In this document: one piece after another, positions 35,991 through 38,755 of the stretch
Layout of the letters: the number at the start of each line of letters is the position of its first letter
How positions within the stretch are numbered: position 1 is the first letter of the stretch
Assembly (NCBI GenBank): GCA_002256025.1
Contig: NKIB01015018.1
Span: 1 to 38,755, forward strand
Source of the DNA: Asterionella formosa
Lineage: Eukaryota
Direction: 5' to 3'
Length of the DNA stretch: 38,755 nucleotides
The notes under the pieces: generated by a model
What the model was told of the DNA's origin: nothing
What the model saw: only the letters and a program-made list of their open reading frames with translations
Database searches by the model: none
Position numbers and translations under genes: made by a program

Positions 35991-36634
35991 TTCATCATGA
36001 GTTCCCGAATATCAGTACCAGCAAGTTGCGGTCATTTTGCTTAAATAGACAATTTTATCTGGGATAAAGACAGCTAATTCATTAGTTCAGCAAAATTACC
36101 ACAACTTGAAGGTACCTGTAATTAGATACCGGGTATACGTCTTAGCTAATGGGAGTAATACTTTTATCTATGTACATCACTCAATCTGTTCAATTCTCGA
36201 CTCTGTGGTTGTCGTTCTTTGGTGTTGTGGCTGAACATTGCTAATGATTGTATGGTGCTGCTTTGATGCACACACTGTAATAATTTTAATGCATATTATC
36301 TAGATGTCAATAAAAGTACTGCCCTGCAGACGTATTTTCGGTTATCTTGTCAATGACAACGGAAATGATACCAGTGTGATAATGTCAATATCACTGATAC
36401 CCTTTTTGGAGGGGTCCAAAAACAGTATTATTTTGTATCAATGATACTGCATTGATACCATAATTTTACTGTTGCTGATACCGACATCACTTGTTGCCCA
36501 CAACCCGGAAATGATACAGCAAATTCGGAATGATAAGAACGGCCCTTAGTTTCTCCTTGCTTCTGATGGTGATGCATCTGAGCTATACAACGGTGGTACA
36601 CATGATGCACATATACTTTTTAAAGTGACAATAA

Positions 36635-36720
36635 GCGAGAATCGTCTGACAGAAAATCGTCTGACAAGAAATCGTCTGAAACAATTTTGCTGATGTCTGA
36701 AACAATTTGCATGTGCCTAT
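36635..36720 (-). repeat. 15-bp repeat array, inverted relative to 29695-29820
   Basis: aatcgtctgacagaa aatcgtctgacaaga aatcgtctga...ctgatgtctgaaa. Confidence 0.8.
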
Positions 36721-36988
36721 TACGATAATTGTCCATTTCTTATCATTAATTCTGATAAATTAAACCGTTTTACACTAATATTCTTCTAAATGACTCATTT
36801 TGGACCGAAACATTATCGCTCAAAGTGATTTGGCAAACAAAATCGATTTCACGGGTCTGCGCCAAGCGTTATTGATTTAACCCATTCGCTCCAGCTTATT
36901 TCTGTTCGAATTCCTGGATCTGCTGCGTCAGCCGCTAAGGTGAATCAGCAATTCCTGCTCCAGCTATCGTCTTGCTATTCGGGTACTT

Positions 36989-37050
36989 CTAAGTAATTTT
37001 TAGGCTCTAAGTAATTTCTTAAGTAATTTCTTAAGTAATTTTTATTTAAG
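36989..37050. repeat. 12-bp minisatellite (TAAGTAATTTCT)
   Basis: Four copies of taagtaattt at 12-18 bp spacing. Confidence 0.85.
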
Positions 37051-38678
37051 GGCAATATGGGGCACATCGAATTTTTCGGCAATAAAATTGCCGATTTTAG
37101 CATGACAACCAGAATATCGGTAATATGCATAGAGATGGTACAACAAGTGTAAAACACACGAGAATGATTGTAACATGCAACATCAATGAAAATTGAACAT
37201 GATGTTTGGAGCAACCAAAGTATGAAATGCGATGTAATAAGTAGCATCAAATGAGAAATAGAAAAAAATTTTGGGTTAGAAATGAAATAAAAAATAAGAG
37301 TTCCAATGGAGATGTAGCTATGCATTGTGAATCATTGTAGTACTTACACAGACAACATTGACTTTCCATCGCCATACAATCGAAGACCGAAAGAAGAAGA
37401 AGAAAAGTTCAACCCAATGTAGACCTGCATCGTTATTTAGCGTCAATGGTCTGGTTGCTGCAACCATGCGCATCGCTGTAGTAGCCTGACACCAGTAGCA
37501 GTATTTCCGCCACAGTCATTCCTCTCTGCCCACCAAACAGGCAACCCTGATCATTCCATTCTGAGCAAGCATGATCGCCACGCTGCTCCAGCACTATTGA
37601 CTCTCTCTAGCTGAGTATTCATGTAGCTTCTGATACGAACTCGCAGTAGAAATGTAGCAAAGCGCGTTAGTGCAAGAAAAGCATTGCTTGGCGGCAATAT
37701 TGACATCATTGTCAATGACTATACAAATCAACAACGGCACAATACCACATCTTCAATGAGTAGTCATTGATAAATGCATTTGTTCTTATGTAGATATGTA
37801 CAATTGAAACAAAACGACAGTGCGTAACGACAAACAACGATGGAAGCGATCAAAACAAACCACGGAAGCAATCAAATCGGAAAGTTGATAAATACGATCT
37901 ACAATCCACATTCAGTGTTTCACTGTTGTACTTACCAATCCGCTTCAACTAGCATAACAAGCAGCAGACGATGGGATCAAAGAAAGACGAACATTGCCTA
38001 TTGCAAGCCCGAATAGAGCAAAGGCAGGCAAGATAGAGTGAGAACTATAATTGTGAGGACGAAATCTGGCATACTGTATGTAAATCAATGAATATGTGAA
38101 CAACATTTCAGGTCTCGTAAAAATAATACCGAGTCTACAGAGATAATATTATTACGTGTTCAAAGTAAGCGTTAAAGCATAGCTTAAACCATGCATGGTT
38201 GTTTTTAGTACCACGTACGTATGTAGACTAGATGACTGCCGGTAACCGGTAGAATATCCGTTAAGCATCATTACATACATGACCGGAGCAAAAACTTGCC
38301 ACCAACATCAGATGTATCGATATCATCGTTCGTCCGACGAAAAATGGACGATGCGACTACATGAATGCCTCGAGAAGACAAGCAATCCAACAATCAACCG
38401 CATCCTTCAGGCAAAGAATCGCTACTGGCGTCATCGCGGAACTGATATCGCTTCAAACCGGTCATGATGGACGACGATTGGCATGGTGAAAGGTGAATTG
38501 CCGGAGTCCACTTTTCAGGAGACGAACAAAAACGAGGTGAATTCTAGATATAAATTATTAAAATCTGCCTAAAATGGTTTCCTTAAGTAGACCCCTTGCC
38601 GATTTCGGCAATCCCAGGGCTGGAAAACCGAGGGGCAACTTGCGTCTGTTGTCTTGCCAAAATGCGAACATATGAAAT

Positions 38679-38755
38679 ATACAAAATATATTTTAATTAT
38701 GGGCAATATCGGACCTTTGGCAATTTTCGAGGTGAAGATAGGAAATATACAAAAT
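38679..38755 (+). repeat. Dispersed repeat, copy of 9055-9134 (runs off the right edge)
   Basis: Same sequence as 9055-9134 in direct orientation. Confidence 0.85.

Overview
Eukaryotic DNA, most likely a diatom or related ochrophyte (inferred from short GT-AG introns, a bipartite targeting peptide and diatom-type TE proteins). Three host genes are supported. One is a DUF1647-family gene on the minus strand running off the left edge (918..<1), missed by the ORF track. The other two are 3-exon LrgAB/PLGG1-like transporter paralogues (6280-7991 and 22716-24427), 98.4% identical with introns included. Their homology starts exactly at the ATG and ends ~26 nt after the stop, and their differences are clustered and mostly amino-acid changing. 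Most of the rest is decayed transposable elements: an internally deleted Gypsy with both LTRs, a truncated Copia, two Ambal-like non-LTR relics, two tRNA-derived SINE-like copies, Kolobok/Mutator-like transposase pieces beside a P2X7-C/KolX-like ORF, and a pogo-like transposase split into complementary, oppositely oriented halves, apparently by a local inversion. All family calls come from manual translation and recalled motifs; no searches were run.
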